From Ruditapes philippinarum (lineage: Eukaryota), in the NCBI RefSeq assembly GCF_026571515.1, contig NW_026851541.1, forward strand, positions 1-64,000: 64,000 nt of DNA, given 5' to 3'. A program made the position numbers and the translations under genes. Below, in pieces: positions 61,585 to 64,000 of the stretch. The number at the start of each line of letters is the position of its first letter. Within the stretch, counting starts at the first letter, position 1. Under the pieces are notes generated by a model that did not search any database, was not told where the DNA came from, and saw only the letters and a list, made by a program, of their open reading frames with translations.

Positions 61585-64000
61585 ATATGGCCTTTTGAAT
61601 GGAGGTCCCCCAATGGTCAATTTGAATTTTGCGTCACAGATATCCTCTTAACATTTTATAACTGCGGCATCATATTATGTTAAACTCGAACTCTCCACCT
61701 CTCAAATACTCTTCATGATGGAGGAACCATGTTTTAATTGGAGGGAAAATAACCACCGCAGATTGTGGTGTTTCTAGATGCACGGAAATGTTATTTATTG
61801 CTTCAGAATTTGTTACAGAAAAATCAGGCTGTGTTAAATGAAACAGATGGCCAAGTTTTGTACACAGAATACTTGTTAGCAGAAAAAAATCTTAACCAAT
61901 AATAACTGCTGGTGCTTTGAAGTATATTTTTTGTATTTTAGCCCTCAACAAGTGCCAGCCAATGGCAGCTGATTGACAACAACCATAGGGCTTTAGGTAA
62001 ACTATATGTAACCCTTGACTCCCTTACCTTATTTTTTTTTTTTATTAAACCAATCCTGTATTTAAATTTGAACGGTTTAAGTCGCTTTTCTTCTCATATC
62101 AAAGTTAATCCATTTTGGAACTTTTCCGCGGCCCATTAGTTATACAAAACTGAGCTTTTCAGTAAAAGGTCAAAAAATCCATTTCCTAGTTAAAAGAAAT
62201 TGCTGGGCTTTTTAATGCTTGATTTATAAAAAGGCAACAAGAGTTTAAAGTATTTCTAAATTCTTTTAAGCCCACTTGTCTGTAGCAAATGTGTAGCTGC
62301 CGCGCTTGGGTGAACATCGCACTTCGCTCATATAAAATTTTCATATCATAAATAAAATGAAACCCGATAGGGGTTTTATGAATAAGCTTGGTACTTACGG
62401 AGAATGTTAGATGTAATGTAGAGATGTAACAGTGTAAATTATGAAATCGGATAGCAGTTAACATTCTTCTCAGTCAAACTTTTATTTCTATCAATGACAT
62501 TTTATGATAAATAAGAAAGTGTGATCAAACATCAAGTGACAAGTGCTTGTAGCTAATGGATTTATAAGAGTTTAAACATATTGCAAAAATCTTAAATAAG
62601 GCAAAAAAGCATGTAAAACAGATAGCTCAGGTTTTTCCTCCCCTCTTAAATGGATTTAGGATAGTGTATGGTTTAGTAACAAATTGTGGAAATTAGGAGG
62701 GGTAAGATAGTGTTTATGATATACAAGTGTGTCAATGTTTTAAATGAAATGCAACAATTGTATGCTGCGGTAAATAAACATTGTGTGTTTCTGAAGCGGG
62801 CTGTTTTTGTCCTTAAAACTTTTTTATATCAACAAGGGTACGGCATATGTGTTATTTATAATGGAAGAATTTGTTTATATTGTATACAGCAGATTGAGTG
62901 CGTGCTATATTTTGTTACAAGGTTTCATCCAAGAGCAAGTGTTTTATGATAATCAGATTATGTAGTAGTGGGAGAACTGTGCCTTGGTTAGGTAGACCAT
63001 AAACTGTTTGCATCTTTAAGTAATATCATGATATACTGCTGGGAATTGAACTATCTTAGCTAGTTTTCCAGGCAGTTAAAAGTAGATGAAACCAATGTTA
63101 AGCAATGCTTACATGTGTAAACACCTCTGGGGAGTATAGAAAAAATAGTTTATTTGAAGTGTCATAATATTTTATTATTGTTTTGTTTTGTTTTTATAAT
63201 GTTAAATTTCAACTTTTCTTCAGATGATTATGATGACATGTTTAAAGCGTAATGGCTACTTGAATACAAAATGTTTTAGTAATTAGGAATAAATAACATG
63301 TAAGTTCTGTCGGTGACTTTTTTCCCCCGGCTTCGCCCATTTTAGGGATAATATCAAACAGTTCTAAAACACTTGTCGCAAAAACATCATCAGAATTTTC
63401 GAATTAACAAATTTTTTTAGAATATTATTAATTTTACAATTCTATATTTGAATCTTTCTGTTTATGCCAGATCTGGTTTTGTTTAAATTATTGAGTGGAA
63501 TAGATTTAGAAGGATCATAACATTAAACTCTTTCATTGTACTATGGGAATATTTTTATGCATGAAATCTTGTATAACTTTTTGTACATTTCATGCATTGA
63601 TGCTAATTTGTTTGTATCTTAAGGTTGAGTTGCTATTATTTGAGAAATGTGCCAGAAATTCTTGCCAATTGTATAACGCATTATTGAGAAATGAATGAAA
63701 ACCAAGCAGATTTTATATTAAGCTCAGCTAGTTTGTTTTTTATTTTAAACATAATATCTTTATAACCATGTCATAAATTGAAGTGTTTGAGTTTCATAAA
63801 ATTTAAATACATGTATAAACTGGGAATAAGGGTGTTTAGGTGAATTTCAGCTACTATCACTATTAGTTAGAATTCACTGTTTCACATAGTATTTTCTGTT
63901 TCCAGTGGTGCCACTCTCCTTTACCTGGACTTAATTGTTTAAACCTTAAAATGTTATACATTTCATTAAGTTGCCAGGGTTGATTAAAGCTTTTGAAGGG

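Overview
AT-rich (roughly 30% GC by eye), repeat-dense eukaryotic DNA with no host protein-coding exon I can support. It looks like a large intron or intergenic tract. The repeat families resemble those of bivalve molluscs (inference): HINE/pearl-like elements with ~168-bp internal satellites, CORE-, V- and Meta-like tRNA SINEs, a CR1-type LINE and Kolobok MITEs. The only real protein-coding remnant is a 5'-truncated CR1-clade LINE ORF2 C-terminus (15385-15763, minus) with a 13-bp target-site duplication (TSD). Most long listed ORFs are read-throughs of about ten unrelated minisatellites (units of 21-89 bp). Most notable observations: (1) a Helentron-type non-autonomous element (52143-53609) carrying two tRNA-like Pol III modules with intact anticodon arms and poly-T terminators; (2) a LINE and a SINE in the window that share the same 3' hairpin, terminus and target preference; (3) a Crypton-like element with nested inverted repeats (34007-34657); (4) several minisatellites interrupted by mobile elements with readable junctions; (5) an indel-rich tandem duplication at 38.4-39.3 kb that may be an assembly artefact. 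Family names come from recalled consensus features, not from database searches.
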